Source of the DNA: Fibrobacteria bacterium
GTDB taxonomy: Bacteria; Fibrobacterota; Fibrobacteria; UBA11236
Direction of reading: 5' to 3'
DNA: 39,154 nt
NCBI GenBank assembly: GCA_043732185.1
Contig: JAYTHY010000032.1
Span: forward strand, 1-39,154
In this document: in pieces, positions 38,430 through 39,154 of the stretch
How positions within the stretch are numbered: position 1 is the stretch's first letter
Layout: each line of letters opens with the position of its first letter
Notes under the pieces: generated by a model
Seen by the model: the letters and a program-made list of their open reading frames with translations, nothing else
Database searches by the model: none
What the model was told of the DNA's origin: nothing
Translations under genes and position numbers: made by a program

Positions 38430-39154
38430 CTAATAATCCGACCATTTTGGCATAAAATTGCCCCCAGAAAAGCTAATTCGTTTTTGCGCGGTCCCATCTG
38501 CATTCATCATGAAAATTTCGGAACCACCCGTTCTGGTGGACATGAAGACAATGTGGCGTCCATCCGGGCTCCAACTGGGGTTTTCATTGCTACCTGCGCC
38601 GGTAGTCAATTTTACCGGGTCCTTGCCATCGGGTGAAAGCGTCATAATATTCATATTGTTGCCTTCATCCATGGCCGCAAAGGCAATTCGATCCCCCTTC
38701 GGCGACCAAGCTGGCGAAGCGAAATAATCCCCTTCATGCGTAATAGCCCGTAAGTTGGACCCATCCCTGTCCATGATATACACCTGGGGCTTGCCGCTGC
38801 GATCGGAGATGAACACTATTTCATACCCATTGGGAGACCAACTCGGTGACGTTTCAATGGAACCGGAAAAAGTAAGGCGCTGGGATTTTCCTTCCGGAAA
38901 AGTACGGCGATAGATTTCGGTATTGCCATCCGTAGTGGAAGCGAAAACAATTTCCTTATCCATCTTATTGTATCCCGGCGAAGTATTCATGCCCTTTGAA
39001 GTGAAGTAAACGCCGTTCTTGCCACTTTCGAAATCCTTCAAATAAAACTGCGGCTGACCACCGGCATAACTGGTATAGAGGATTTTGTTTTTTCCTTCCA
39101 CCCAACAGGGCATGAGATTGATGGATTTATTCTTGGTCACATCCACCACATTGG
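38430..39154 (-). CDS. tolB: TolB beta-propeller protein (5' end outside the window)
   Basis: PD40 repeats 'SPSWSPNG', 'SPAWSPKG' and 'NPSWSPDG', upstream of pal. The frame is open to the window edge. Confidence 0.92.
   Translation of the reverse strand, partial: NVVDVTKNKSINLMPCWVEGKNKILYTSYAGGQPQFYLKDFESGKNGVYFTSKGMNTSPGYNKMDKEIVFASTTDGNTEIYRRTFPEGKSQRLTFSGSIETSPSWSPNGYEIVFISDRSGKPQVYIMDRDGSNLRAITHEGDYFASPAWSPKGDRIAFAAMDEGNNMNIMTLSPDGKDPVKLTTGAGSNENPSWSPDGRHIVFMSTRTGGSEIFMMNADGTAQKRISFSGGNFMPKWSDY

Noticed and set aside
1..39154. CRISPR arrays, tRNA/rRNA genes, integrases, transposases
   Set aside because: No regularly spaced repeats, cloverleaf/T-loop signatures or recombinase motifs seen by eye; the intergenic gaps are short. 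A covariance-model scan would be needed to exclude small ncRNAs.

Overview
A 39 kb bacterial chromosomal segment from a diderm organism (PEP-CTERM protein plus a T9SS/CTD-like tail on a subtilase; FCB group/Fibrobacterota-like is only a guess). The housekeeping backbone is yajC-def-spoIID, thiS, valS, an S8 protease, trpE-G-D-C, an LMW phosphatase, a 1208-aa metallopeptidase/beta-propeller/beta-barrel outer-membrane protein, a PLP transsulfuration enzyme, a fused glyQS, and the tolB-pal-cpoB end of the tol-pal operon followed by a PrsT-like TPR gene and a sigma54-driven PEP-CTERM gene. Accessory DNA sits in three places. (1) 2925-6643: a three-gene cassette resembling a chaperone / effector / immunity module: a two-repeat helical protein, a 587-aa Cys-His-Asp papain/transglutaminase-like protein with a C-terminal LysM, and a lipoprotein. 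This is my best candidate for an undescribed system. (2) 6903-15224: a Type I RM locus (hsdM-Schlafen/AlbA_2 ATPase-hsdS-hsdR) whose hsdM carries a 1-bp frameshift, with a duplicated 13-bp palindromic site between the Schlafen gene and hsdS. (3) 32440-33638: a lone AAA_14/DUF4143 ATPase with a palindromic, probably leaderless promoter. I found no tRNA, rRNA, CRISPR array, integrase or transposase by eye. All family assignments come from motif recognition, not database searches.
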